Notes under the pieces: model-generated | Databases searched by the model: none | What the model was told of the DNA's origin: nothing | The model's input: the letters and a program-made list of their open reading frames with translations, nothing else | NCBI GenBank assembly: GCA_030141605.1 | Contig: JAQGDQ010001465.1 | Span: forward strand, 1-39,758 | Source: Tubiluchus corallicola | Taxonomy: Eukaryota > Animalia > Priapulida | Length of the DNA stretch: 39,758 nucleotides | Direction of reading: 5' to 3' | Part shown: positions 11,779-25,184 of the stretch, in pieces | Layout: every line of letters starts with the position of its first letter | How positions within the stretch are numbered: the stretch's first letter is position 1 | Program-made: the position numbers and the translations under genes

Positions 11779-13054
11779 TCCTACTACCATTATTGTTTTA
11801 TTTTATTATTGTTATTTTCATTACCAATATTATTAGTTTTATTGTTATTGTTGTTATGTACATTTTCGAATTTTTTTGCATAGCATTCGAATTATATTCA
11901 TTTGGTTCAATGAACTGTAAACAATCAACAGTAATTTTTTGGTCTAATAAAACAACTATGACTTATGGTGCATAAAATAAACTTTTGCTAGGCGGTACAA
12001 AAACAACAAGTAGTTTATGCAATGATTTATATTGCAGTATTCTGCAGTATTATTCAATCAGCTGAGATTCTGTTATGTTTTCTATATTCGGCATTAGAGT
12101 GTGCTGCGTTTCTAGTACATTGTCGTGGTTGTTGATAGAAAAAAGCAGTATGACAACACCAACTTTCATAGATTTTAATGGTGCGTCGCGCTTTATGTAA
12201 CTCTATTCTGTGTTTCAAGTTTGCACTTTTTGCTCGACACCACGTGAGTTGTCTTGAATGTCGTACTTTTATCGAGAATGGAGTTGAAATAAAAAAAAGA
12301 TTTTTATAAGTTATTGCTTCATCATTCTCTTGGTTTTGCTTCAACATGTAAGGTATCAATTAGAGAGTTTATGCAGTTATTTTTCTTGCAGCAGTACTTA
12401 TTTGATAGATTCTTGTGATGTAGTACTAGTAGTTATGTTAATTCTGTGAACGTGACCGTTGAACGCCAGTTATTGTTCTTGGCTTTTTGCCAAGTCTGTA
12501 TAAATAGTTTGCAGTGCAGCGTCGACGACGGCGTCAGCTTACCGGACTTAAAATATAATTATAAAAGAAGTTTACATAATATCAGAAAGGTAAATATTTT
12601 GGAGCACTTGCAGTTTAGATGGTTCTCCTCACACACTACTACCTATATCAGTCCCACTGCCGATCCTCTACCTCCTCACTCCCAATACCAACACCACCTA
12701 CGAAATTATAGGATACAGAATAATTTATTTGTCTTAATTACAGTTAACGTAGCTTTAACAAATGTGCCAGCTAAGAGAGACGGTGTGGTGAAAAGACCGA
12801 ACGGTCATCAAGTCTACCACCCTCTTACTAAGTTGATAACAAAACTCTACTCAGGTTAGCACTGTGAGCTATGTAAAATGAATGTTAAAGACTTAAATGT
12901 TATTTTACCTAAAGCATTATTCTTGTATTGCAACAGTTGTTAGTCAGCAGTATGTGAAAATGATTTTAAGTTTCAAATTGAAAATTAATCAACACTTTGT
13001 TATTTAGCATAACTATTAGCTAATACTGACCTCATGCAGTCATAAGCTAGGGAT

Positions 13055-13525
13055 GCACAGCTAGGGCATGCACCACTTACCACAGGTTTGACTATAAGCA
13101 CAGCTAGGACATGCACCACTTGCCACAGGTTTGACTATAAGCACAGCTAGGGCATGCACCACTTACCACTGGTTTGACTATAAGCACAGCTAGGGCATGC
13201 ACCACTTACCACAGGTTTGACTATAAGCACAGCTAGGGCATGCACCACTTACCACAGGTTTGACTATAAGCACAGCTAGGGCATGCACCACTTACCACAG
13301 GTTTGACTATAAGCACAGCTAGGGCATGCACCACTTACCACAGGTTTGACTATAAGCACAGCTAGGGCATGCACCACTTACCACAGGTTTGACTATAAGC
13401 ACGGCTAGGGCATGCACCACGTACCACAGGTTTGACTATAAGCACAGCTAGGACATGCACCACTTACCACAGGTTTGACTATAAGCACAGCTAGGGCATG
13501 CACCACTTACAGCAGGTTTGACTAT
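13055..13525. repeat. 43-bp minisatellite, ~11 copies
   Basis: Unit GCACAGCTAGGGCATGCACCACTTACCACAGGTTTGACTATAA. Confidence 0.97.
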
Positions 13526-13708
13526 TTAGCATTTCACTAAATTCACATCTGCAGACTGGATAATCATCTAAGCATAACGTAATTCCATAAATACATTTTG
13601 AGTATCTCAAATCTTAAACATCTGGAAATATTAACAAACACCATTATCAGAATATGAAATGCTTAAAGAGCGTAGAATTATAAATCAACTTGCGGATTTA
13701 GATGATTA

Positions 13709-13860
13709 TTAATAAGTATAACAAGAAATAATGTTTATTAATATTTGAAGATTATTATAGAATGACATCTTTACTGCTATTTTTAAAGATGGAGAAGATC
13801 TAACAGAAGATTCAAGACTATTCCACAACTTGATACCCAAAAATTGTAATAATTTAAACC
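13709..13860 (-). pseudogene. LINE (CR1/L2-group) ORF2 3'-end fragment
   Basis: LQFLGIKLWNSL..SSPSLK resembles the conserved G.KLWN.LP C-terminal motif. Confidence 0.5.
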
Positions 13861-13983
13861 ATGAGATATTAAAAATTTCCCAAATCCTCCATACTGCCCA
13901 CCTGCCGTATCGCAAACTCGCCAAAACTAATTCATTGACTAACTGACTAGATTAGCTAGCTAACTAGTAAACTAATTAACTTC

Positions 13984-14253
13984 GACCAGACGGTTTAGTC
14001 TGGTGGTAATGCGTCTGCTTTCCGCCTGGGAGGTCGTGAGTTCAAACCAGCAGCCGGGTCATACCAGAAACTTTAAAAATGGTACCTTCTGTTGCCCTGC
14101 CTGACGCGTGGTATTTAGGGTAAAAGTGGGGTAATGATAGTCTCTGTTATGCAGTTGTAGGTTGTTATTTACAGCCGGCGATAATAGCTCTTTGAGCTAA
14201 TGTTAATTGTTGACCCAAAAGCTGACTTTAAATAAAGATTATTATTGTTATTA
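13984..14253 (+). mobile_element. tRNA-derived SINE (central block resembles the MetaSINE-type domain)
   Basis: A-box-like TAGTCTGGTGG, B-box GTTCAAACC, GGGTCATACCAGAAACTTTAAAAATGGTAC core, AATAAA plus (TTA)n tail. Confidence 0.7.
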
Positions 14254-15027
14254 ACTAACTAAAACCTTTTTTGTACGGTATGAAACCTCAAATAACTGTA
14301 TGTTCCGATATTTATTTTATAAACCGTAGCACAGCTTTTATTGTTTTGAACGAGAAACGAAACTTACAGACAAAGCCGGTACAGTATGTTACTTACTGTC
14401 ACACGCGGACGCTACAAAATGGCGCACATTGAGAAAATTCGCCCGAAACTGGTTAACTTTTCAGTTTACAGTTTGATTCTTTTTTGTGAAAGGTTGTCAC
14501 TTCCTAGGCTGTGGTGCACAGTAGTAGATAAAAAATGTCGCTCGCTGCTAACTCCCAAATCAAAATATTTCATCAAATCGGTCCATCTTAGTCCGTTCTC
14601 ATGATGCTAACAGTAAGTTTTTTAAAATGATTTTTTTCATAAGTAGAAAGTATGTTTCAACTTTTCTTTACATCAGTGTGTAGATAAAGGATGCATCTTT
14701 CTATTGTTTCCCGACTTTCAGCAATATTTCTCATTTAGGCGATGTGAGAGTGCGTTAAAAAAGGACCACCTAAACTACAACTTAACCAATAAAATGTTTC
14801 TGTATAAGATATTTGTTTCATTAATTTAGATTTGTTTCAAATCTAATGGAATAAGGCAATTATTCTGTGTTAATTACAAGGTAAATAAGTAAGTGCAGTG
14901 TACAATATTTTAAATTTCGTGATAATAGTATAGTCCAATTTTGTAATAGCCAGATAAGTAGTTTAAGCAAAACAGGTGACAATGTTGCTGCAACAACCAG
15001 ACTTTCAGTTTCAATGCTTATCACACA

Positions 15028-15455
15028 CAGGGGCGGAACTAGGGGGAGCGAGGGGGGGGCGCCCCCCTGCAAAATCGGACAAATAATTTTTTTTGCAGTG
15101 AAAATTGTAGTTCGCATGTAATCATTTTCAATATGAATTAGAATTAGGTAAAAAAATGTTTGGTAGCTTCAGTGTATTATTTTCTTAAAACTTGTGTGTG
15201 ATAAATTTCTGTAAATAACAATTTAGTTAGAGGCACATTAATAACGTTAGGTTAACTGAGAGTTAATTTTCTCATTATTGCACTGTCCGCTACGCCGTCC
15301 TACACACATGCTAATTATAGGCCTGCATGCAGTATAAAAGGGGTTAAAAATTGGCTTAACCATTATTTAACCACTTCGGATACCTCGCCTACCCCCCCCC
15401 CCCCCCCAGAAAATTTTTGCGCCCCCCCGCCTTCCCACATCTAGTTCCGGCCCTG
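15028..15455. mobile_element. Non-autonomous hAT element (MITE)
   Basis: 15-bp TIR CAGGGGCGGAACTAG / CTAGTTCCGGCCCTG (1 mismatch); 8-bp TSD ATCACACA at 15020-15027 and 15456-15463. Confidence 0.92.
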
Positions 15456-16356
15456 ATCACACATAATTTGTACTATAAGGAAAGCTGAGATGATTCTTAC
15501 TGCCTAAATACAGTAAAATTGATTACTTCGGTATTAGGAATAAGAAGTAGCAATACTAAATATGGAACTACGCAGTATGGTACACATAAAAATTTAATAC
15601 TTGGCATTAGGTGTGCTGCTTCCAGTTTTGGAATGTGTAAAAATGATTGTTAACGTGGGTAGAAAAATCACCCGGGTACCATTTGTCGTGAAGCTCACGG
15701 TGTCATATGTCATTATTTTTGTTCATTATGTCATATTATTACATTCTCTATTTAAAACATAAAAAAATCCCACACAAGAAATTTCAGCTGTAAAATAAGT
15801 CTATTTCTTTATATACAGTCTAAACTTTCATCCTTGAACTATGTAGTATGCATAACATTTACCTTTCATTGAATTGCTGGCTTCCTTGCTTCATAGAAAA
15901 CTTACCTGGGCAGTTGGCTGTCAGAGATCATTGAATAAGCATGTGTTGTTACTGATTTGTATAAATAAACTCACCTGTGTTCTACCTATGCTGATGTCTT
16001 AGCAATTTTACCTTCAGAAATTCTTCATATCATTTTCATATCTGGTTGCAAAGATTTAGCAGCAGTTGGTATTTTTATTCTTGCTTTTAAACGAGTGTGA
16101 ATATGTATTTGCATAATGCTAAGGTGTTTATTATAATTGGTCATAATTATCAGTAGCATCATTGTGCATATATGCATATATATATATATATATAGTTTAT
16201 TGACAAATTCACCATTTTCTACAGTCAGGTAAAATAGCAAAACATAACATATAAAACGATTTGTCCATTGACAAGCGACATGCATCATTACATGAAATAT
16301 AATTTTAGTGAGATATTAACTGTAATTGTGAAAATTTATGTGTGTTTGAAAATTAA

Positions 16357-16650
16357 TCAAAGATCTTTATTTCCACTAACTTTATCGAGTTTATACAAAT
16401 ATTTGGATTTGTTTACAGTAAGTTGTGTCATCAAGGAGTTAATATGTTCAAAATAGTCACCATATCTAGTTACAGGACATTCTAAGACCGCATGAGTAAG
16501 AGTTTGAACAACATTCAAATCACAAAACTGACATTCTATTTTCCTGTCTGGTCCTGCTCCACAATACATACAGCCAGCGAATGTTAATCCCATAGTCACG
16601 TATTTACATTCATTTGCGAAAATATCAAATTTAAATCTCAGACAAAAAAC
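16357..16650 (-). pseudogene. LINE ORF2 C-terminal fragment with CCHC finger
   Basis: CQFCDLNVVQTLTHAVLEC. Confidence 0.55.
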
Positions 16651-17356
16651 TTTTACATCATTTCTGACTTCTTAGAAATAAAATTTTTGTGATTTGAACG
16701 ACTTACCTGTATCCTCCATTGTTTATGGTGCAATTTTATTCCTACAAAGAAGTAATCTACTTTGTTTATGGTGCAAAATTGATAAATATTATATGTATAT
16801 TATTATATGTATAATATATATAAGTAAACAAATATATAAATAAATATATATATTATAAGTAGGCAGGATGTTCGCGTATTATTTATATATATAATATATA
16901 AATTTTCTAGATCGTTGCATATTTTGTGATGTTGTTTTAGATGATATTTTATAAAAGCCCGCGCTTTTGAAACTGTATATATATATACATATATATATGA
17001 TGATAAACGAACCGCGAAGTAGCGAGGGAACACTCTACATTTGCCATTTTGAAATGATACACATTCCCGTTGTCTAATTATGAGCTGTGACACTGTGTTT
17101 ATTTACTAGGTGCATTTATGAAAGTTGCTGTTTGACTGGCAGCGTTGCATTTGAATTGGAGAACTAGGAAGCAATACAGGTATGATTTGCTAATCGAATT
17201 TGACCACCTGCAATCATGAGATTTAGGAAGAAGCTGATGAGTTGGACCAGACATCAGGTATGGGCGTGTCTTCAAGCAAGGGGTGAGTAAGAAACCTATT
17301 TTAACATTGATTGTAATTGAGCTTGATCCTGTTAGTGACGAAGTATCGAATAAAAT

Positions 17357-17577
17357 CATTTTGATAGACGGGTATTTGTAAGACTTGGCATGAAATGACA
17401 ATGCGGGTTTTGGAATATCTATTTCAGAAAAGTTGACATTTTGATAGACGGGTATTTGTAAGACTTGGCATGAAATCACAATGCGGGTTTTTATAATATC
17501 TATTTCAGAAAAGCTGACATTTTGATAGACGGGTATTTGTAAGACTTGGCATGAAATCACAATGCGGGTTTTGGAAA
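17357..17577. repeat. 80-81-bp tandem repeat, ~2.7 copies
   Basis: CATTTTGATAGACGGGTATTTGTAAG.. at 17357, 17437 and 17518. Confidence 0.93.
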
Positions 17578-17619
17578 TCACTGTTGCTGGGATATGTAAT
17601 TAGTGTTGCTTGGACAATA

Positions 17620-18290
17620 ACCAGTATGTGTAGTAAACAGACTTCATTAAATTTATCCAGAAATAGATTGTAAGCTGCTTCAGGATCTGAGATACTATAT
17701 AATTCCTCCCAGTTGACTGATTCTATATCACTTATTAATTTATTTTTTACATGGTTATTGTATATTACTTTGTCGATATTATTAGTTTGAGATTTTGCTA
17801 TGTTTAAGTCGATGATTAAGAAAATTGGTAAGTGATCGGTGACATCTACTAAGAGATTGCCAGCTCTAAACTGATGCTGTATAACATTTGTCAGAATATT
17901 ATCAATTAATGTAGAGCTGTATGCTATAATTCGAGTAGGACAAGTAATAACTGGAAAGACATAGTTAGTAATAATAGTCTCAAGAAACTCTGCCGTGTCT
18001 TGATGCGAAGAGTGATTCAATAAGTTCAAATTGTAGTCCCCTAACAAAAATAACTGCTTATTTTGTTTATTTATTATTGATAGATTAGTAGCTAACTGAT
18101 CAATAAATGTTTGTGGGTTTTGCCCGGGGGGGGGGGGGGGTTCTGTAGATCACGCCGACTACTATGTTTTTGCCTTTTACTTTGTGAATTTCGATAAAAA
18201 TACTTTCAAGGTCAGAGTTATTTGATGTTAAGTCGTTTCTCACTACAAACAGGAATTGGTAAAAAATCATTTCTTACCTTATTTCTGTTC
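17620..18290 (-). pseudogene. Decayed LINE ORF2, AP-endonuclease domain (CR1/L2-group)
   Basis: LGDYNLNLL, PTRI..STLIDNILTN, TDHLPIF; broken upstream by a G-run and truncated downstream. Confidence 0.85.
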
Positions 18291-18333
18291 TTAAGTTATG
18301 TTTAATGTCTTATAACTTTATCAAGGTAAGTGT

Positions 18334-19241
18334 TCATTTAATCATGATGCCAGTACTCTGACTCGTTGATCTCCTAAGTTGAATCGGCACATCTGGCTTA
18401 GATGGTGTGACTGGTTTCCCGGGTTCATCAAGAGCATTACTCCTAAAAGGTGTAGAACTGCTCTTTGAAGATGAGGGTCCTTCATTGAACATCTCCGTGT
18501 ATGGTCCAGACAAGCGTTTCTCCTCACTAAAAGCAGATGAATCATCACAAAAACTTTTATGTAGATCATCCAAATTAAATACTCGAGTAATCTTGTTATT
18601 GTTATCCTTAATGAGAATCTTCCCATCCAACGTCCATACACCTTTGATTCTATTTTTATCGCGTAAATTTTGGGCTGCCCTCGCAACTTCCATATTAGGT
18701 CTGGTTAGGTCTTCATACACTTTGAGGGGAGGAAGTGGTTTTTTTGCTTTCCTACTTTCTCTCACCAAATTTTTTACTGCTAAGATCACATCTCGTTTGT
18801 AGTCATATCTAATGAATTTACACAAGATTGCTCTGTGTTTGCTTCCACTGCCCTTCCCAGTACGATGGCATCTTTCAATTGCGCTTTTATTAATGTGATC
18901 CAGCTTAAGATCTCCATTGCAGAAGTTCACTACTAAATCATGTACGTTCTTGTCATCATGTTCTGGCACATCGAAGAATCTAACGCTGCATCTCCTACTA
19001 TATTGTTCTAAGTCTTTTGTCGTAGTTGTTTAATTTCTCCACGCATCTCATTGACATCTTCTTTCACTTGCTTGATCGTAACTTTCGGAATTATTGAATT
19101 TATAACTAACGAGAGCGCATGCAGAATTTCTGGAGAGACTGTAGCGTTTCCTTGACTTTTGAGTTCATTTCTAAGTTATTAATTTCATTGACAATTTGCT
19201 CATCATCTATAATAGGCTTGTCTTCTTCAGCAGACGACATC
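18334..19241 (-). pseudogene. Decayed LINE ORF1 (RRM/CTD, Transposase_22-like) of the same element
   Basis: LEQYSRR, IERCHRTGK..RAILCKF, VYEDLT, WTLDGKILIK; 5' part frameshifted. Confidence 0.8.
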
Positions 19242-19963
19242 ATTCAGACTAGTACACGTTGTTCCTTGTATTAAATCAGTTATTCCAGCAACATCATAGA
19301 CATAGTTAATCATAGAATATCATTTTAGCGATTACTTCTAGTTGCCATAACAAAACACAGAAACGTTTAGTGCATATTTCCTGTACATTTAAATTTACTG
19401 TATTTTACTGTAGGATGTAGTATACAGTTTGAGTTTAGAGAGCAACCTGAAACACTTGCGTTCATCTCGGTTGCTGAACCAATGAATCAGTACAGTATAG
19501 GTAAAAAAACGTTGATGAAGTCAAATTAACCAAATAAAAGAGTTGCTGTATGACACCTTGAAAGCTTGGCTTGTTAAGGTGGCACAAATGAGTGAATGAA
19601 AGAATGGTTAGGGTTAGTAGACATGATGGAATGGAAAAAAATAGTAAGATTAGGGATAGGAAGAAGGAGGGAGGGGAGGATGAGTGAATGAATTATTATA
19701 TTATTATTATTATAATTCTTTATTTAAAATTTAAAATTGAACGCATATACAAATATTTACATAAAATACATACAGGGACCCTCTATTTGCAGGGTATGAT
19801 TAAAAAAACTTTGTAAATAAAATAGCTGTTATATTCGCAAGACTTTTAAATACCAATAAATCAATATACCAATAAAAGAACAACTAAAATCAAATAGTAC
19901 CAATTTACACAAAACGACCTGTATAATATAAAAGTGACAGATATAATATAAAAGTTCAATAAT

Positions 19964-22900
19964 TTATACTAAAGTTTGTAAAAACGAATCACAAACTAAC
20001 TCAGAGAAAGCAACTAGCAGGTTTTTGTCTCGAGAGGTATAAATTTTACTAATGTTTTGAAATTGTAGGCTATTTGTGAGCGCTAATCTTTTATTTTCGT
20101 CGACCAAAGTACAATTAAAAAGCAAATGTTCAACTGTTTGTGCTTCCTCTGAGCATATACAGGCATTTTCGTGTATGTATCCAATTTTAAAAAGAAAATC
20201 TTAAAAGTTACCTTGCCCTAATAAAATACTACAAGATAGTTTTTCTAACCTTCTGCTATTTGTATGAAAAGGAAGGTCTAGTGGAGTTAAAAATACATTT
20301 TCAGGAAGAATAGACAACTCCTGGCATTGGTAGCGAGTACGGCATCTATTTTTCCATAGGTGTGTTATAAAATGCTCAATATCCTGTTTTTTGTACTCAA
20401 GGATATTCAGTGGTATACTACCGTAATCAATAGTACGTGAATTATAATTTTTACATAATTTTAAATATTGACCACTAGAAGCCAGTAATTCTCGAATGAA
20501 ATGTCTATGACCGATTGTGGGATCACGACTAATCTCTATTATATGACTTTTGACTAAATCTGAATCCGACATTGCTAGAGATTTTAGCATAAATTTTACT
20601 GTGATTCCCTTAAATATAATATCAAGTGGGGGTAGCCCACAAATTAACTCTAGTTTGTCTTTTGAGGGGTGAAAGTGACAACCAGTAGCAGTTTTCATAA
20701 CGTCATACAACAGATCGTCAAACAATGAGTGCTTTCTTACCATCCAGGCTGGAGCAGCATACATTATAATTGGTAAAACTAAAGTCTTAAATAGAGCAAT
20801 GATAACATTGAGACTGAAACCTTTATACAGCATGCTCTTACGCTTAATTGACATCCACCTATTCCAAGCTTGTCTTCTAACCTTACTTACGTGATTTTCA
20901 AATGACAAATTACTGTCGATTGTAACTCCTAAAACTTTACTACTTTGCACGTAACTAACATCATTGGTTCCAAATTTTAAGCAGTCGTTTAAATCATGAA
21001 GGCCAAATGGAATTACTTCAGTTTTTCCTTGCGAGCAATTTATTATCTGCCGCCATTTAAAACACCAATTATAGAGTTTATCACAACACAGCTGACTAGT
21101 TCTAAGCGTTTCATTTTCGGAAGAACAAGCTACAAGTATTGTTCCGTCATCTGCATATTTAAAATTATCAGTATTTGATATTGCTAAGATTTCGTCAAAC
21201 ATGTCGGACACATAAAAATTAAATAGCACCGGGGAGATGACTGACCCCTGTGGCAGACCTATCTTACAACAGTATTCCTGAGAAGTATAGTTATTGACCT
21301 TGATGCGCACATTCCTTTCATATAGAAAAGTCTTAATAAGACCCAGAATTCTACCTTTAAAGCCGGCCTCATATAGCTTAAACAGTAGACCATCCAACCA
21401 GACGCTGTCAAAAGCGCGCTGGAAATCACAGCAGATAGACAGACAGACATCATTTTGTAGTAAATGCTGTTGAATATTTGATATTAAGCGAATCAAATAG
21501 CGACCGGTATTGCGACCTGCCATGAAACCTTCCTGCACTTCGTCTATCAGATCATTTTCAAACATGTAAGTTCTCAATCGATTTGACAGTAAACGTTCAG
21601 CAAATTTGCCAAAATAGGATGAGAGCGTCAGGGGTCGAAAGCTACCAGGATCCGTATAATTTGTTTTGCCTTCCTTTTTAATGAATATTACATTGGATTC
21701 ACGCCAAACCCACTCGCTTTTACTTAAACAAAGATTACACAAGTATAGAAAAACGGCCTTGGCCCAGAAGCCAAGGTGTTTAACCATCAGTGGATGAAAG
21801 CCATCGTAGTCGGTGCTTTTGCCCTGCGTGACTGTTTCTTTTATTGCAATGTTTAGTTCATCCATTGTAAAGTTACCGTTTATAGCAAGGGGCACCATGC
21901 CTCTATAATCATAGCGAGAAACTTCCCCCTCTACTTGCTGCTGCCAAAAATAATCGAAATTTGCACCGTTTACGTGATCTCCACTTAAAAAATTTTTGTA
22001 TAGTACCTCACAAATATCTTGATTTTCGCTATATATGTTTCCTTCATATTTTAGCATGCCGATATCTGAATTTGCTCTACCAGTAAATATTTTCTTATAT
22101 TCTCTCCAGAATGCATTACTTTTACGAACATTTAAGTTGACACACTTTTTACAAAGCCAGTTATCAGCAGCTGTGCGAAGTTCTTCATCAAACTTAGTCT
22201 CTTCTTCAAGATACCGGTTCCTATTGTGAATATTAGAATGCTTTAGATAGATTTTTCTCAACCTTCGTACATTGTTTGACAAAAGAACTTAAGTTTTGAG
22301 TCCAAAACGGTTTTGAGTGATTACATATAACTTTCTTTGGTAGTACAGCTTCATTGCTGTTTTTTATTAATTTCTGAAACAACTGCCACAGCTCAATAGG
22401 GTCCTCTCGCATTATAGCATCGTTAAGGAGCGCAAAATTAGAGCGCAAACTATTTTCTAAATAACCTGACCAGCTATGCCAGTTACTGCTTTTGAAATCG
22501 AAGACAGTACGCTTTGCTGTTGTGCTACAGTTATGGAAAGATGCACCTAACTTAGTAATGACTGGAAAGTGGCCCATTAACGGAGCTCCACTAAACAATT
22601 CAACCTCGTCGTCAACGCTTTGTGTCACCGGTAATGACGCAAGATTGTTTGTTAGCAATACAATATCAATGATGCTTTTGCCGTGGGCTGATTTAAATGT
22701 TTCAACCAACGGTGCAACAGGCAGTACTGGATATGTGCTAGACCAAACAAAGTCATTTAAAAGTTGCCCATGTGAGTTAGTTTTTACATCCCACATAAAA
22801 CTTCTACTATTCAGATCTCCAGTTAACATAACACCGTCTAGGCTTTGTTGATCAGAAAATAGGCAGGCCTTTTTGAAAGAAGCTAGCATTGATTGCATGT

Positions 22901-23255
22901 GCTCGACTTTGTTTGGCAGAACATATACAGAAGCTACAATCATTTTCAAACCTTTGCCTTTAACTAAAACCCAAATTGTATCTGTGTTGTTATCTTCTAA
23001 TTCGTGTAGTCTGCAACTAATCAATCCATTTTTTACGAATACTGCACATCCACTTGTATTTGGGTCCTTATTTTTGACATAACTTTGATAATTAGTTAGA
23101 GTCACATCATCGTATTGTTTAGCTTTCACTTCCTGTACTGTAACAATATCAAAGTAGTAGGAGTTTACATATTTGTCTAACGCATATTGTGAACGAACAG
23201 AAAAAGTATTGATATTAATTTGGCATACACTGAGACACCTAGAAGATGCAGCCAT
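19964..23255 (-). pseudogene. LINE ORF2 (APE-RT-CCHC) with one frameshift (~22283) and one in-frame stop (20201-20203)
   Basis: CQININT, VTVQEV, GDLNS, SIIDI; FRPLTL, DFQRAFDSV, GLPQGSVISP, YADD; CICSEEAQTVEHLLFNC in frame after the TAA. Confidence 0.92.
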
Positions 23256-23410
23256 TAGATACGGTTAAGTCTTTTTAACTGATCTAAGTATGTAGAGCAA
23301 TTCTTGGAATTGGCTTCGTGCTCACTTTTGCAATTGTAGCGCTTTATCTCTTTTCTGTTGCATTCAGATGTTTTATGCAGATTTCCGCATTTACCACAGT
23401 TGGCTTTTAT
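23255..23410 (-). pseudogene. LINE ORF1 C-terminal zinc knuckles
   Basis: CGKCGNLHKTSEC..YNCKSEHEANSKNC; stop overlaps the ORF2 start (TAATG). Confidence 0.85.
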
Positions 23411-23609
23411 AGTGAATGAAAGAATAGTTAGGGTTAGTAGCATGATGGAATGGAAAAAATAGTAAGATTAGGGATATGAAGAAGGAAAATAGGAGAAGAA
23501 ACGACCACAGTGTATGTTTAATTTACATAGAAGTATATTAAAATAGCATTATAATTGATTGGAGGCCATATATTTCGACTGCATGAGACATGGAACCATT
23601 AAAATTGTA

Positions 23610-24075
23610 TTATAAGTATGAATCCAAAATGGTCCTTTTCAAGTACTTTTTGAAACTATAAATAGTTTTGTGTATTTTTACTTGGGCACTTATTTTATTC
23701 CAGTTATTGGGGGCTGTGAATTTAATAAAGTGCCTGGCACTATTAGTACGAGAGTAAGGGACATGATACTCGTTGAACCTTGTAAAGTAATGTTTAGGAT
23801 TTGCTGTAATGGGATTTGCAAAGGAAGTCGGAAACAAGGTGTAGTATGTCTTGTACATATAAAGAGACAAGTGATATATAACCAAGTCTTCGAGAATTAT
23901 TATACCGCATTCATTAAATAAGGACGTACCAACAGTGATACGTTTAGATAAATTGTTTAATATTCTTGTAAACTTTCTTTGATGCTTAGATAAGCTTACT
24001 AAGTTGGATGGATAAGATGTAACCCATATAATGCAGAAATAATTAATACCGATGAATTATAAAGTGTTATAAGAT
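23610..24075 (-). pseudogene. LINE (CR1/L2-group) ORF2 3' fragment
   Basis: YFTR..RTN..IKFTAPNNWNKI...SFKKYLK. Confidence 0.7.
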
Positions 24076-24242
24076 GAGATCTGTGTAATTTATATCCCGG
24101 CCTTCCTCGTGAATGCTTCCATGGATACATGTATGTTTATGTATGTTTACATCATCGGTTGTTATGTAATTACTGATTTTAATTTAGTGGTAATTAATAT
24201 AGTTAACAGTATCTCTGCCGGTTGGTCGACTTCCCGATCGAA

Positions 24243-24966
24243 AACACCTCCTTCAGTGTCCATTTTTACTGTTTCCTCTAATCTTTTCTTATACCTTTGT
24301 ATCTCTTCTCTTTCGTTTGCCACCTTCCTCTGCAAATCTCCTGTTTCTAACTCTTGGCTTTCTGCAATCTCTTCCAGTTCCTGCTGGTTGGGAAGGAAGG
24401 GAAGGAGGGATTTTTGAAGAGGGTGCGGGGCTTTTTTCAGAAAATGATACAGCAACATTTTTTAAACACAAAACTGCCTTGTGTAACGTCTCGGCAACAT
24501 TTGTAACTTTGTTAGAAACTTTATAGAACATTTAACATAAATCTTTCTTGCTTATTAATCTGTTGATTCACAAGGACTGCTGCAATGATAAGTCTAGAGA
24601 ATGTAACGCCTCGTGGCTTGCCCGCTAAAAACAGTGAGGGGAAACCTTAGTGAGCACAAACAATAAAATATAAACCATAGATAAGAACACGTCACAGGTT
24701 TTGCAGTTTTTATTAAGATTACTCATGGAGTGCTAAGTTTAGAAATACTAACACCTCCTTCAGTGTCCATTTGTACTGTTTCCTCTAATCTTTTCTTATA
24801 CATTTGTATCTCTTCTCTTTCGTTTGCCACCTTCCTCTGCAAATCTCCTGTTTCTAACTCTTGGCTTTCTGCAATATCTGGTTGGGAAGGAAGGATTTTT
24901 GAAGAGGGTGCGGGGCTTTTTTCAGAAAATGATACAGCATCATTTTTTAAACACAAAACTGCCTTG
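24243..24966. repeat. ~220-240-bp direct duplication (24243-24481, 24750-24966)
   Basis: Shared AACACCTCCTTCAGTGTCC...AAACTGCCTTG with indels. Confidence 0.9.
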
Positions 24967-25184
24967 CACGCCTTAGTTTCTCCGACAGTAACCAACTCTC
25001 TTAGCGCTATTTTAATTGCAAGTTTCTTTTATGCACAACTTCCTTTACGGCCCATTTCGGTCATCAGTGAAGCTCTGCTAGTGCCCACTACGACATTAAT
25101 CGTAGCTGTATCAGCTTGTTCTTACAAGTGCATAATACAACCTGGGCTACTACACCTTTGCCACTTTTTCCGCTTTTGTAACTA

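Larger units (their letters stand above)
19693..23410 (-). mobile_element. 5'-truncated APE-type LINE (I/Jockey-supergroup-like, no RNase H seen)
   Basis: 10-bp TSD AGTGAATGAA (19683-19692, 23411-23420); AATAAA plus (TAA)n tail; ORF1 knuckles, APE, RT, C-terminal CCHC. Confidence 0.9.

Noticed and set aside
13055-13525. CRISPR-like array (also the 27- and 35-bp arrays)
   Set aside because: Contiguous units with no unique spacers, no cas genes, eukaryotic context.
14380-14625. AAAATGGCG (YY1-like) motif plus GTAAGT as a gene start
   Set aside because: Short motifs only; no downstream exons identified.
19591-23486. ~80-bp target-site duplication or LTR pair around the LINE
   Set aside because: A 10-bp TSD within a pre-existing tandem unit fits the junctions better.
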